The notes under the pieces: model-generated
Told to the model about the DNA's origin: nothing
Database searches by the model: none
The model's input: the letters and a program-made list of their open reading frames with translations, nothing else
Position numbers and translations under genes: made by a program
Source of the DNA: Justusliebigvirus VEcB
DNA length: 64,000 nt
Strand: one strand, 5' to 3'
Sequence record: OZ035773.1
Part shown: piece by piece, positions 17,928 to 27,890 of the stretch
Position numbering within the stretch: the stretch's first letter is position 1
Layout of the letters: each line of letters starts with the position of its first letter

Positions 17928-18437
17928 TTAGCGATAGAATTGATGTTCTTTGTAGCGGTACACTAGAACCATATCTTTTTCCCAGTGTGCTTTTATTGTA
18001 GATTTTTTAAAGTATAATGCTCCTTTTGTAATATCTAATGCAATTCGTAATTCTGGAAAATGCGTATCGAGATAAAGCAGACGTTCTGCTATAGCCTTAG
18101 CTTCCTTCCACTTATCACGTTCCATAACGTTGAATGTCTTTGTGTAAGAGAATTGTCCTTTTTGAAACAAAACTTCTTTTATAGTATCAGGGAAATATGA
18201 ATCTCTAGCCCTATTTAATACTACATTACCAACAGCAGACATACCGCGCTTTCCTTGATTACGACTTTCTGCATAGATTGCACAAGCTAATAGATTTTCT
18301 TTACTATCACGCTTTGTACACTTGTGAACTACTTTAGCAGTTTTTACGTTTGCAGCTTCGGCTTGCGCCACAACAGGTGTAAATGTAAAAGCAGTTAAGG
18401 ATAGTAACGCAATTGCGACAAAGGTTTTTATTGACAA
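17928..18437 (-). CDS. Secreted SleB-like cell wall hydrolase
   Basis: N-terminal signal peptide; LACAIYAESRNQ...VGNVVLNRA...FPDTIKEVLFQKGQFS matches the SleB/Hydrolase_2 pattern. Confidence 0.55.
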   Translation of the reverse strand: MSIKTFVAIALLSLTAFTFTPVVAQAEAANVKTAKVVHKCTKRDSKENLLACAIYAESRNQGKRGMSAVGNVVLNRARDSYFPDTIKEVLFQKGQFSYTKTFNVMERDKWKEAKAIAERLLYLDTHFPELRIALDITKGALYFKKSTIKAHWEKDMVLVYRYKEHQFYR

Positions 18438-18530
18438 ACTTGCCTCCTATTTTGTTAAACGAACTTTTATTGTAACACAGAAGAGGCTGTTTTGCAAGTG
18501 GAGGGGGGATAATCCCCCTCTTAGACTCTG

Positions 18531-19133
18531 TTAGATATTGTAAACCTTTGTATGAGTTACTACACCATCTTCTACAAAATCAATACGTTCTTGATCCGTA
18601 ACTAGTGCAGACAACACTTTAAATTTAATTTTTACACGCTCAAAAGCTGGTTGACCATCTTTAAGATAATTATGTTCAGTTGTCACTGTCTTGTTTACAA
18701 AATCAACTTTTGCTTTACCGTTTTCGCGTAAGTGGAATGTTTTTCCTGCTTTATACACAATTTCAACATTACCTTCGAGAGTAATTCCTTCAAAAAGTTC
18801 ACCCTCTTCTTCATTTTCTTCACTTTTGAACAGACGACGAAATTCTTCCATATCAAGATAAACAACACCTTCAGAATAATTATCAGTAAGATATGTCTTA
18901 CCACCCATTAGCCCGAAATATTGCCAGATTGCCGAATAAACATCACTAGATGATCCAAGGGTTTCTCTGAGTTTAGTTCCACGAATTACTTCATAAACTT
19001 CAAAATTGAAACCAGCCTGCAAAGCATCAAACAGCACATCACTAACTTCTAAAGCATAATCTGGATTGTGTTCAATATCTACAAGAAAATTGCCGCTACG
19101 AATAAGTTTTTGACCTTCTAAAGTAATACCCAT
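18531..19133 (-). CDS. Hypothetical protein
   Basis: ORF with AAAGAGGAG RBS. Confidence 0.45.
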   Translation of the reverse strand: MGITLEGQKLIRSGNFLVDIEHNPDYALEVSDVLFDALQAGFNFEVYEVIRGTKLRETLGSSSDVYSAIWQYFGLMGGKTYLTDNYSEGVVYLDMEEFRRLFKSEENEEEGELFEGITLEGNVEIVYKAGKTFHLRENGKAKVDFVNKTVTTEHNYLKDGQPAFERVKIKFKVLSALVTDQERIDFVEDGVVTHTKVYNI

Positions 19134-19159
19134 TGTTTTCTCCTCTTTTATTTCAAATA

Positions 19160-19180
19160 TGCGCCCCGAAGGGCGCTATG
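19160..19180 (-). terminator. Hairpin, weak terminator
   Basis: GCGCCC-cgaa-GGGCGC hairpin between two minus-strand genes. Confidence 0.35.
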
Positions 19181-19197
19181 ATTTATTACTTGACTTA

Positions 19198-19794
19198 TTA
19201 CTCGAACCAATCGTCGCCAGCGCCGAACGCTTTAACTACATCGTAAATGTCAAGCCCAGCTTTACCCACACCATACGCTTTCAGTTTCCATTCACTATCT
19301 TCCCGTACCAGGGAGGCAACGTGGCAAATGGTGTTACCTGCAAGTTCTGGAGCCAAGAAGTCAAAGTCCAGCAGTTCAACATTACGTTCATCATCGAAGA
19401 TTTTAAGGAAACCTTCGGTAGCGTGACCAAGGCGTTTCTTACCCGTTTCGTCATCAATAGTAATTACAAATGCAATTTCCTGTGCTTCAGCAGAGATATT
19501 ATCCAGTGTAACATCAATCTGCTCCATCTGTCCTACACCGTCACGAACATCTTCACCTGCAAAAGTAGAACGTTCAGGATCAAATTTCTGCGCGTAGCAC
19601 ACCAGGTGACGAGGAGACAACAGTTCCGGCAGACCAGATGCATTGTGTCGGCAAATCAGAGCACTAACATCCAGATCCAGTTTTTCGTTAGATTTCCAAG
19701 AGAATTCCAGACGAATGCGTTTCAGTGCTGGTGCAATCTTTTTCAGAGAAACTTTTTCGCTAGAACCTTTTTTCAGGGAAATTTTCTGAGTCAT
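19198..19794 (-). CDS. TerD-domain protein
   Basis: N-terminal ISLKKGSSEKVSLKK, LDLDVSALIC and C-terminal WKLKAYGVGKAGLDIYDVVKAFG match TerD-family patterns. Confidence 0.65.
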   Translation of the reverse strand: MTQKISLKKGSSEKVSLKKIAPALKRIRLEFSWKSNEKLDLDVSALICRHNASGLPELLSPRHLVCYAQKFDPERSTFAGEDVRDGVGQMEQIDVTLDNISAEAQEIAFVITIDDETGKKRLGHATEGFLKIFDDERNVELLDFDFLAPELAGNTICHVASLVREDSEWKLKAYGVGKAGLDIYDVVKAFGAGDDWFE

Positions 19795-19866
19795 AATTTA
19801 TTATCTCCTTTGTTGTTAATTTACGTTGTCTATTTTACTAATCTTTTCTACAAAGTCAAGCGTTTT

Positions 19867-20661
19867 TTACGCTTTTGCTCCGAATTTTTTAACCCACTCA
19901 CCAAACTCTTCGGATAACAGTTTATCGTAAAGTTCTTCATCAGACAAGGACAAATCTGCAATACCGATAAAATCAACATTATCGTACTCTTTTGCCAAGT
20001 CTTTCAGGAATTTAAAGTTTGCATTACCTACACCAACCATAAACCAGTAAACAGGCGTATTGCGGTGTTTGTTCAGTAAGCTACGTACTGCTGAAGTATC
20101 CATGTTCTCCCCGTCAGTTTGGAAGAAAATCATTGCAGGAGTACGATCAACTTGTGCATCAGTATCTACAACCTGTTCTACAACAGTACGTGTTACTTCT
20201 ACAAGTTCTTTTTTACCAGTTAGTTTAGCAAGGAAACCCTTAGCTGGGACTTCTTCATACTCAACAACTTCGCGTGTAATATTTTTCATAGGTACACTAC
20301 CGAAGTATGTATCATAGATCTCTTGCATCACTGGAGCATAAGCAGTACCACCGTTGATGCAAACATTAGACATGCAAGAGCCGACATAATCATCATACAC
20401 ATCAGCCGTTGCAGGAGGCAGTTCAAAAGAAGAACTATTGAAAGCCCACATGTCAATCTGTGCATTATCATCAAACTTCATACCAAACGGCAGCAGTTTA
20501 CCTACAAAATCACTAACAGTGCCATCACGATACAGCTCACACATACTACCCGAAATGTCTAAGGCGCTACCGACACGAAGAACAACATCGTTAATCTTTT
20601 TCTTACGCAGAGATACAGTAAGAGTTTCTTGACGTTTTTTAAGACTGATTTTATTGGACAT
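19867..20661 (-). CDS. vWA-domain protein (TerY-like)
   Basis: MIDAS-like LDISGSM motif; N-terminus has a TerD-like KISLKK...VSLRK signature. Confidence 0.5.
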   Translation of the reverse strand: MSNKISLKKRQETLTVSLRKKKINDVVLRVGSALDISGSMCELYRDGTVSDFVGKLLPFGMKFDDNAQIDMWAFNSSSFELPPATADVYDDYVGSCMSNVCINGGTAYAPVMQEIYDTYFGSVPMKNITREVVEYEEVPAKGFLAKLTGKKELVEVTRTVVEQVVDTDAQVDRTPAMIFFQTDGENMDTSAVRSLLNKHRNTPVYWFMVGVGNANFKFLKDLAKEYDNVDFIGIADLSLSDEELYDKLLSEEFGEWVKKFGAKA

Positions 20662-20662
20662 A

Positions 20663-20932
20663 TTATTTCTCCTTTCTGAGTGTAATGTTAGTAACTTCTA
20701 AATCCACTTCTACCATTTCTGTATCATATGAAATACAGCTAAGTTGACCTCTTTGTGAACCGTTCAGACACATTGCTTGGTTTGTATTAACTTTAATAAA
20801 CACTAAGTTTCTGAACGTATCTAAACCAGAATCTTGATACGCAACATAATATACGAATGTATCACCTGCGTCAAGTTCTCCAAAACATTTAGGTTCATCT
20901 GATTTATCGTCTTTGATATTAAATTTAAGCAC
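20663..20932 (-). CDS. Hypothetical protein
   Basis: Intact ORF. Confidence 0.4.
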   Translation of the reverse strand: MLKFNIKDDKSDEPKCFGELDAGDTFVYYVAYQDSGLDTFRNLVFIKVNTNQAMCLNGSQRGQLSCISYDTEMVEVDLEVTNITLRKEK

Positions 20933-21488
20933 TGTCTTCTCCTTTACCTGCTCTCAAACCTAAATAGAAAGCCTCTCTGGTAATCTTTTGCAACTCGTTT
21001 AAAGAGATAGTTACAACTAAATCATCTTCAATTTCTAGCTTTGAGTCTTCTTCTGTCTCAATGCAAGTATTATGCACTTTGTGGTAAGGATTGTCAACAC
21101 GTTTAAATTTATTATTTTCAGTGCTGAAGAAGCAATCTGGATCTTCTTCTCCATCACCCCAACCCTGGTTAGGGTCTTCTTCAGATCTTTCTGTTGGGAT
21201 CTCACCTGTAAAGTGCTCTTCTAATACCATAGCGATACCATCTCCAAGATCGGAAGAGAACATCAAATTACAAACTTCTTCCCAAGGCATAGACCACTTA
21301 AATCTTTTACGATTGCCATGTTTATCTTCTTCGTTAGAGAAAACACTACCATAGCTATCATAATTGCCATACATCTCTTCAACAACTTTACCACCTTTCA
21401 AAAGAAATAGGTAGCAAGGAGAACCATCGAAAGAGGTAGAAAGAGCAGCATTACCAGACTCTTTGCACAAGAAACTAAAACACCCCAT
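20925..21488 (-). CDS. Hypothetical protein
   Basis: Intact ORF. Confidence 0.4.
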   Translation of the reverse strand: MGCFSFLCKESGNAALSTSFDGSPCYLFLLKGGKVVEEMYGNYDSYGSVFSNEEDKHGNRKRFKWSMPWEEVCNLMFSSDLGDGIAMVLEEHFTGEIPTERSEEDPNQGWGDGEEDPDCFFSTENNKFKRVDNPYHKVHNTCIETEEDSKLEIEDDLVVTISLNELQKITREAFYLGLRAGKGEDSA

Positions 21489-21688
21489 TATACACCAGCC
21501 TTAAGATCAATTAAAGCCAAAGTTGTTTCAGAATGTGTTTGCTCGTCTACAGGTGCAGTCATATGATAATACAAAAAGTCTTCGGCATCATACCAATCTG
21601 ACTCTTGACCTTGTTTCCAACCATCAATGAAAGCATCTTCCATAATGGTTTGTAATTCTTCACGAGTTAAGTGAATATCTTTATTCAT
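21488..21688 (-). CDS. Hypothetical small protein
   Basis: Intact ORF, acidic. Confidence 0.35.
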   Translation of the reverse strand: MNKDIHLTREELQTIMEDAFIDGWKQGQESDWYDAEDFLYYHMTAPVDEQTHSETTLALIDLKAGV

Positions 21689-21921
21689 TACACATTCTCC
21701 TCTTTTACCAATTCCATCGTTGAACTATCAAAACCATCTTTAGAAGAATAGGTATAGACAGAACGTAGTTCTCGCAGGACAGTAAATACATTAGGATCAT
21801 CTAACCAAGCATCCTGGAGGAGAACATAACGATCTTCATTGTCATACTGGACAGCGATCATAGAACCAGACAGTTTGTAAATTTTAATATTCATAATATA
21901 TTTCTCCTTAAAGTAGACCAC
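21688..21921 (-). CDS. Hypothetical small protein
   Basis: Intact ORF. Confidence 0.35.
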   Translation of the reverse strand: MVYFKEKYIMNIKIYKLSGSMIAVQYDNEDRYVLLQDAWLDDPNVFTVLRELRSVYTYSSKDGFDSSTMELVKEENV

Positions 21922-23011
21922 GTTTAACAGTTTGAATCATACCATCTTCAAGAGATTGCACTTCCTGAATGTAATCAATACGAGCAGCACGGGCTTCAGT
22001 GTTGATCCGATTAGTTTCTTCCAACATTTTAACTAAGTTTTCTTGATCGCGACGTAATGTCTCAATATCCAATACTTGACGATTAGCAAGTTGTGTAGCT
22101 TCAATTTGGTTTTGTGCAGCCAGATCACTACCCATTGCAATAGCAGCATTAAACTCATTCAGTACATTGTTCTGTGTATCGGCTGCTTTCTTCTGGCGTA
22201 GACTTTCAATATACATAGAAAAGTTTGCAGAGTAAGCAGGAATAACATTATTCACAATATTACGGGCTGATCGCATCAAACTTGCAGATACTTTCTGCAT
22301 ACTTTGTACACGTGGCCCCATCTGAACACACAGTAAACGCAAGGCTTTCAGGTCTGCAATACGAATTTCAAGCAGATCCATAGTATCACGAGTACGTTGA
22401 CGCTCTTCTACTTCATTTTCAGGTAGTGTATTAAGGCGAACTTCTTCTTTTTCATAAGTAGCTGTTAGAAGCTCTATATCCCTGTTTAAGCTAAGAGCAT
22501 ATTTTGCAATAGCCTCTTCTAAACGTTGCAGATATCGTAAAGAATCTTCTTCTTTTTTCAAGTCTGTTTGGAGTGTCTTTACCAAACCTTCAATACGATT
22601 ATTGATGGTGTCAAATTCACCAAACAAATCTTCTTTCATACCTAATACTTTCTTAACTAGCTTACCTAAGCCTTTAGATTGTTTAATAGAGTTAGGATCA
22701 AGTTGCTTTGCTTGCTTAATAAGTGCAGTTAAACGTTCACTCATTTCATCTCCCTGAGATGAACGCTGGTGTTTAAGCACTTCAGCATTAAGGTTACGAA
22801 GAGTAAGTCCTGCATCAGCACCAACCTGTTCAATCTCTTCACGAGACATTGGAGGCAGCATTTGTACAGGTCGTGCAACAGCAGGGGCATATACAGGGCT
22901 TGCATCCATAGCACTTGGAGCAAACAAAGACTTACTTTTTTCTGTTGTTGCCGTGAATACACTCATTTCAGACGGTTTGCTTTTTACGGCACTGATAAAA
23001 GGACTGGACAT
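21908..23011 (-). CDS. Coiled-coil protein, possibly TelA-like
   Basis: About 370 aa, predominantly helical/coiled-coil, sited between TerD/vWA and TerC genes; assignment by context and composition only. Confidence 0.3.
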   Translation of the reverse strand: MSSPFISAVKSKPSEMSVFTATTEKSKSLFAPSAMDASPVYAPAVARPVQMLPPMSREEIEQVGADAGLTLRNLNAEVLKHQRSSQGDEMSERLTALIKQAKQLDPNSIKQSKGLGKLVKKVLGMKEDLFGEFDTINNRIEGLVKTLQTDLKKEEDSLRYLQRLEEAIAKYALSLNRDIELLTATYEKEEVRLNTLPENEVEERQRTRDTMDLLEIRIADLKALRLLCVQMGPRVQSMQKVSASLMRSARNIVNNVIPAYSANFSMYIESLRQKKAADTQNNVLNEFNAAIAMGSDLAAQNQIEATQLANRQVLDIETLRRDQENLVKMLEETNRINTEARAARIDYIQEVQSLEDGMIQTVKRGLL

Positions 23012-23079
23012 TCAATTTCCTCCATATTCTTTAGTAGATGGTGATACCTCTGTACCACCATCATAACACAAGTTAAGTA

Positions 23080-23931
23080 TTAAACAAACATATCTAAATA
23101 ATTTGTAGTAATAAATGCTCCATCTGCTTCCAGGTTAACATAACCAGTAGCATTAGTGGTTAAGAAATCCAGATCGAAGGATTCTTTAACACCCCGTACC
23201 TCAACACGAGAGATATCGAATACAGGTAGTGTAACAGCCTCTTCGTGCAATACCGTACCTTTGTAGGTTGCCTTAATGATAAACTTGATATTACCCGTTC
23301 CCGCATCATACAAAACACTTTCAAACCCTTTGAGAGTATACTTATCACCAGAAGTGAAGTGCAAAGTGGCTTTGTTTACAGTACGTTTTTTACGAGGAGT
23401 TCCTTTCACACGTTTATGATCACTACGTTTTTTGTATTTAGGAGTGAATACAAACGATACACTCTCAAGAAAGGTATCAACATCAAGGATTTCAATATCC
23501 TCTGTTGCAGCAAATTTTGAAGTCGTTGCATCAAAATGCTTTCCCCTGCGATCATACATAAAGATATCAAACCGATCTTCTACATCAAACAAATTATGTA
23601 TCTTAATTTCAGAATGCTTGCACATTGCAGCAACCTTAAACTCTTCAAAACGTGGGTGTTCTACAAGCTCTTCAAGTTTTACACCAAAGACAGTATATTG
23701 TTTCGAAGTTTTTTCTGGCGTTGGCATTACAGAAGCATAATCACCGATTGCGCTTTTAAAGCAAAATTGTTCTTGACCTGTATTTTTACCAACGAATTTA
23801 CAGTATTCGTCATCGTGCATACTTTCTTTGGTAGTACCAACAAACTCAAAACCATCTTTATTCTTCTCAAGAATTTCTTGATTAAAGATCCAACCTTCCA
23901 GGCGATAAACTTTACCAACTTCTAGTTTCAT
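23080..23931 (-). CDS. Hypothetical protein
   Basis: Intact ORF. Confidence 0.4.
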   Translation of the reverse strand: MKLEVGKVYRLEGWIFNQEILEKNKDGFEFVGTTKESMHDDEYCKFVGKNTGQEQFCFKSAIGDYASVMPTPEKTSKQYTVFGVKLEELVEHPRFEEFKVAAMCKHSEIKIHNLFDVEDRFDIFMYDRRGKHFDATTSKFAATEDIEILDVDTFLESVSFVFTPKYKKRSDHKRVKGTPRKKRTVNKATLHFTSGDKYTLKGFESVLYDAGTGNIKFIIKATYKGTVLHEEAVTLPVFDISRVEVRGVKESFDLDFLTTNATGYVNLEADGAFITTNYLDMFV

Positions 23932-23966
23932 CTGTTTCTCCTTCTTATTTAATCTGTATTAAATTA

Positions 23967-24572
23967 TTAACGACGACGTGAGCTACTAAAACTACGTTTC
24001 GACGAAGAATAACTTTTCGAAGACTTACTATAAGAGTTAATAGGGCTTGAGTAAGACTTACGAGCAGAGTAATTACTATTCACTTTTGTTGTTGATGGGC
24101 GTGAATACGTTTGTACACTTTGCTGCTTAATTGTGTTTTGTTTAGTGGTTGTATATGTATTCCCTTGTTTATCATAAAAACTATGCTTTTGTGTTGTATA
24201 TGCTTTACTGTTAGTTGTAGGAGCAGCGTTGTTATTAATAATTGTTGTATTGCTACCACCATCTCTATAACCGCCACCGCCACTATTACCACTCAACATA
24301 TGACCAAGAAGCATACCTGTAGCAAACTCACCTACACCAGACGAACCACTGCCGCCTCCTTGCACAACAACTGTTGAAGGTTGTGCAGGTGCTGCTTGAA
24401 CAACTTGAGGTGCAGGTTGATTTACATATTGTTCATCTACCATCTGATTTGGTGTTTGTTGGTAACGTTGGTTTTGTACATTTTCAGAATCATCACAACC
24501 TACCAGCAATGCACTGCCTAAAACAACTGCAACAATAAAAGATTTAATGTTTTTCATTTGTAACCCTCTCAT
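23967..24572 (-). CDS. Putative lipoprotein, low-complexity
   Basis: Signal peptide with lipobox LLVGC; Q/N/S/T/G-rich body. Confidence 0.5.
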   Translation of the reverse strand: MRGLQMKNIKSFIVAVVLGSALLVGCDDSENVQNQRYQQTPNQMVDEQYVNQPAPQVVQAAPAQPSTVVVQGGGSGSSGVGEFATGMLLGHMLSGNSGGGGYRDGGSNTTIINNNAAPTTNSKAYTTQKHSFYDKQGNTYTTTKQNTIKQQSVQTYSRPSTTKVNSNYSARKSYSSPINSYSKSSKSYSSSKRSFSSSRRR

Positions 24573-24763
24573 TTAAAGTCTCAACACAATTTTTAAAATC
24601 TCTAGAGAAACAATACATCTGTTCTCCGTTCCTGTTGATAGTAATTGTATGGTTATCAATATATGTTGTCAATATAAAAATCAAACAAAATAGCCCTAAA
24701 GCAAAACAAATATTTTCAAACAGAATCCAAAGAACACGTAAAACCACCATCAGATCACCTCAA

Positions 24764-24786
24764 CAAAGCCCCCGAAGGGGCTTAAT
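24764..24786 (-). terminator. Rho-independent terminator (minus strand)
   Basis: AAGCCCC-ttcg-GGGGCTT hairpin followed by TTTGTTG. Confidence 0.5.
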
Positions 24787-24789
24787 GAA

Positions 24790-25767
24790 TTAAGCAACAG
24801 TCTGGTCTTCTTTTTCAGGGAAGATTAAACTTGCAAGAACACCCAGCCCAAGAGTACCTAACACAATATACATACTGATCGTCGGGTCAATGTGTGCTGG
24901 CAGGAAACTCATTTTTGCGTGCAGAGTTTCTGCAAACGGATGATACATCAGTTTTACACCAACAAATACCAGGACTACGATAACTGCTTTCTCCAGATGA
25001 ACCAAATACTTCAGTGCAACACTAAGAACAAAGAACAGAGCACGTAAACCTAAGATTGCACAGAGCATCGAAGAGAACACCAGCAGAGGTTCTTGTGTCA
25101 CTGCAATTACTGCTGGAACAGAGTCTACTGCAAAGATTACGTCAACCATTTCCATTACAAACACACAAACCAGAGCCGGAGTTGCTACACGAACACCATT
25201 TTTGATTGTGAAGAACTTCTCACCATCCATCTGATCAGATACAGGGAACAGCTTACGAACAATGCGAGTAGCCCAGTGTTTAGAGTAATCAACTTCTGCA
25301 TCATCATCCCCAGCGAATACCATTTTAGCCGCACAGAAAAGGATGACAGCACCGAAGAAGATATTAACATACCAGCCCAAACTCAACAAGTAAGTACCTA
25401 CTGCTACAAACACACCTCGGAAGACAATCGCACCTGCAATACCCCAAAGTAGAATTTTGTGTTGCAAGTGTGTGCTTTTAATACCAAAACTTGCGAATAC
25501 TGCCACAAATACTACTAAGTTATCTACAGAAAGAGATTTCTCCAACACATACCCACTCAAGAACAAGCTCGCAAAATCAGCACCGTGTTGGAAGTATACA
25601 AAACCATAGTAGGCTAATGATACCCCAATCCAGAAAATTGACCAACCAACTGCTGATTTAAATGAAATCTCTTTGTTTTCTCTGTGTCCAAAGAAATCAA
25701 TACAAATCGACAACACTAAAATACCCACTAAAACAACCACATCAATAATTGGGAAACCCAGTTGCAT
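24790..25767 (-). CDS. TerC-family integral membrane protein
   Basis: Multiple TM helices; conserved EKSLSVDN segment typical of TerC. Confidence 0.7.
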   Translation of the reverse strand: MQLGFPIIDVVVLVGILVLSICIDFFGHRENKEISFKSAVGWSIFWIGVSLAYYGFVYFQHGADFASLFLSGYVLEKSLSVDNLVVFVAVFASFGIKSTHLQHKILLWGIAGAIVFRGVFVAVGTYLLSLGWYVNIFFGAVILFCAAKMVFAGDDDAEVDYSKHWATRIVRKLFPVSDQMDGEKFFTIKNGVRVATPALVCVFVMEMVDVIFAVDSVPAVIAVTQEPLLVFSSMLCAILGLRALFFVLSVALKYLVHLEKAVIVVLVFVGVKLMYHPFAETLHAKMSFLPAHIDPTISMYIVLGTLGLGVLASLIFPEKEDQTVA

Positions 25768-25844
25768 TCTTTTCTCCTCTTTAATGCGGAGGACAATCCT
25801 CCGCTCTATGTCTTATACTATAAACTGTTTTTAAAGAAAGTCAA

Positions 25845-26093
25845 CTAGTTCAGTTCTGTAATTTTAAGTTTATCTTCTTTGTTAATGATAGGGAAAGCTA
25901 CAGCATCACCTACGTCATCAATAAAGCAAATAGCAAGACCACCTTCCACTTTGCTAATCTGACCATTAAAGGCGTGATACGGGGCAGGAACTTGATCTCC
26001 ATCTTCAAGGAGAATAGCCTCGTAAACCTTGCCGATAGTACAATCACGAGTGTTTCTAAATTTTTCAAGCACTTCAACATTTACTTTACGCAT
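25845..26093 (-). CDS. Hypothetical small protein
   Basis: Intact ORF. Confidence 0.4.
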   Translation of the reverse strand: MRKVNVEVLEKFRNTRDCTIGKVYEAILLEDGDQVPAPYHAFNGQISKVEGGLAICFIDDVGDAVAFPIINKEDKLKITELN

Positions 26094-26107
26094 ATAAAAA
26101 TCCTCTC

Positions 26108-26314
26108 TTATTTGTTAGATTGAAAGATACCACGGAGTACCGCAAGAATGAACGTCACACAGACTACACTCCAAAACGTTACAGGAACATGATGCCAGTC
26201 TAAGCCGATAATGTCAATCATATAGTTGTATGCTAAAAGCAGTAGCCAACTAGGGATTAACACAATCAAAAACACAACAATAAAACAACCTAATACTGCT
26301 AAAACACCTGTCAT
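26108..26314 (-). CDS. Small membrane protein
   Basis: Two hydrophobic helices. Confidence 0.4.
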   Translation of the reverse strand: MTGVLAVLGCFIVVFLIVLIPSWLLLLAYNYMIDIIGLDWHHVPVTFWSVVCVTFILAVLRGIFQSNK

Positions 26315-26323
26315 ACTTTCTCC

Positions 26324-27040
26324 TTATTTCAGTTTGTAAACAATTACATTTAAACCTTTGTTTACTAGAGTTTCTTCGATCATAAGTTTTACAATATTCC
26401 AAGAACCTCCAGCCAAACCACAACCAAGCATTGGTAAACCTACAATTTTACCGCCTGAAGATACAACATCGTCTCCCATACTATCTAACGCATTGTAGAT
26501 AGCTTCATAATTCAGGTCACGCTTACCTTCCTCACGACGACTATAACCATATTGTCCATATAAATTATAAATTGTCAAATTGTTTTCTGTATACTTAGTA
26601 AACGTACCTAATTTTTTATAATCACCACGTTTAGTGGCACAATCTGCTTTAAACGCACCAGGCCACTTGCTTTTAATTTTTGGTGCAATACCACTACCCA
26701 TAGTGCAAAAACAGTTACAGCAGTGTGCTATAGCGTCTATATCGCCTCTCTCGGCTGCTGCTAAAAGATCACCGTATACCTCAATGATACCTGCTAGATA
26801 ACTTGTTACAATTTCATCTTCCCAGTACATTTGCTCTACACCACCGATCAGTGCAAAGTTTTGTGTAATGCGATCATCAATATAATTAAGACCTGAAACA
26901 TACACAGCATATTCATCCTGTGCTGTAATACCTTGTACACGAATTCTTAAGACACCATCTTTATCTGTTGCTACACGCCCAAAATCTTTTTCTGTAATAT
27001 TGGTGATAGGATCTCCGAAAGTCGTCACTTTATTAGACAT
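26324..27040 (-). CDS. Macro-domain-like protein (ADP-ribose binding/processing candidate)
   Basis: DIDAIAHCCNCFCTMGSGIAPKI and GLPMLGCGLAGGSW resemble macro domain glycine-rich motifs; ATG at 27040 with AGGGGA RBS and 8-nt ATGTCTAA overlap with the upstream gene. Confidence 0.4.
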   Translation of the reverse strand: MSNKVTTFGDPITNITEKDFGRVATDKDGVLRIRVQGITAQDEYAVYVSGLNYIDDRITQNFALIGGVEQMYWEDEIVTSYLAGIIEVYGDLLAAAERGDIDAIAHCCNCFCTMGSGIAPKIKSKWPGAFKADCATKRGDYKKLGTFTKYTENNLTIYNLYGQYGYSRREEGKRDLNYEAIYNALDSMGDDVVSSGGKIVGLPMLGCGLAGGSWNIVKLMIEETLVNKGLNVIVYKLK

Positions 27041-27890
27041 AATAATCCCCTTTAACATTAGATTTGTTGATAATGTTGCTTTCAAAAAATTGACGCAGGA
27101 AATCAAAGTTCTCTTTGTATTTTTCAATATTATTGTAACCTTCTGCAAGGCAACCAAAGAACAGTTGTTCTACATAATACAAAGGAAGTTGTGAAAGTGC
27201 AATTTTAAAATCAACTTCGCTTTGACTCATTAGATACTTAATAGGACGAACCAAACATTTAGCATCAGTTTCTTGCTTAATCATTTTAATAAAAGCTGCC
27301 AGGTTATTGATATAGTTGAAGTTAAGTGCAGCTTCGGTGTTGGCTTCTGTACCTTCATACTTTGCAAAGTACAGGAAAAACGTATCGTTTTCAACACCTT
27401 CTTTGTCTAAAATTTCAATAAGTTTTTCTTCGTGTGTTCCTGTAATATTAACATCATCAATGAAAATCAGAGTTTTATTACCCCAGAAATCACGATTGAT
27501 AGAGAAAGTGTCACCATCGATCAAAGCCTTACGATCTTCTTTGCTAAGAAATCCATAATCATTGATATAACTCACTTTACGATGAACGATATCCCACTCT
27601 ACTGCTTTACCTCCTTTGATAGAGATTAGGTAGTTGAGGTGATCTACAAAATGTTCAGATAACATTGTAGCTGCATTTTTCACATAGTTATATGGAGATG
27701 GAATAACAACAAAACTTTCATTTGCCAGTCGTTCTTCATACTTAGAAAAGAAACTTTCAGCCAGAATGCGTCCCATTCTTTTTGCTGCCTGGTTACTACC
27801 AAACTTTAGTTTGGAATAATCTGCAATGTTAAATTTTGCTTCCTTCAGGTTAGTAAAAGTATTAGCAAAATGTTGAATTTGATTACGCAT
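27033..27890 (-). CDS. Phosphoribosyltransferase (PRTase)-domain protein
   Basis: TLIFIDDVNITGTHEEK resembles the PRPP-binding motif of type I PRTases. Confidence 0.45.
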   Translation of the reverse strand: MRNQIQHFANTFTNLKEAKFNIADYSKLKFGSNQAAKRMGRILAESFFSKYEERLANESFVVIPSPYNYVKNAATMLSEHFVDHLNYLISIKGGKAVEWDIVHRKVSYINDYGFLSKEDRKALIDGDTFSINRDFWGNKTLIFIDDVNITGTHEEKLIEILDKEGVENDTFFLYFAKYEGTEANTEAALNFNYINNLAAFIKMIKQETDAKCLVRPIKYLMSQSEVDFKIALSQLPLYYVEQLFFGCLAEGYNNIEKYKENFDFLRQFFESNIINKSNVKGDYYV

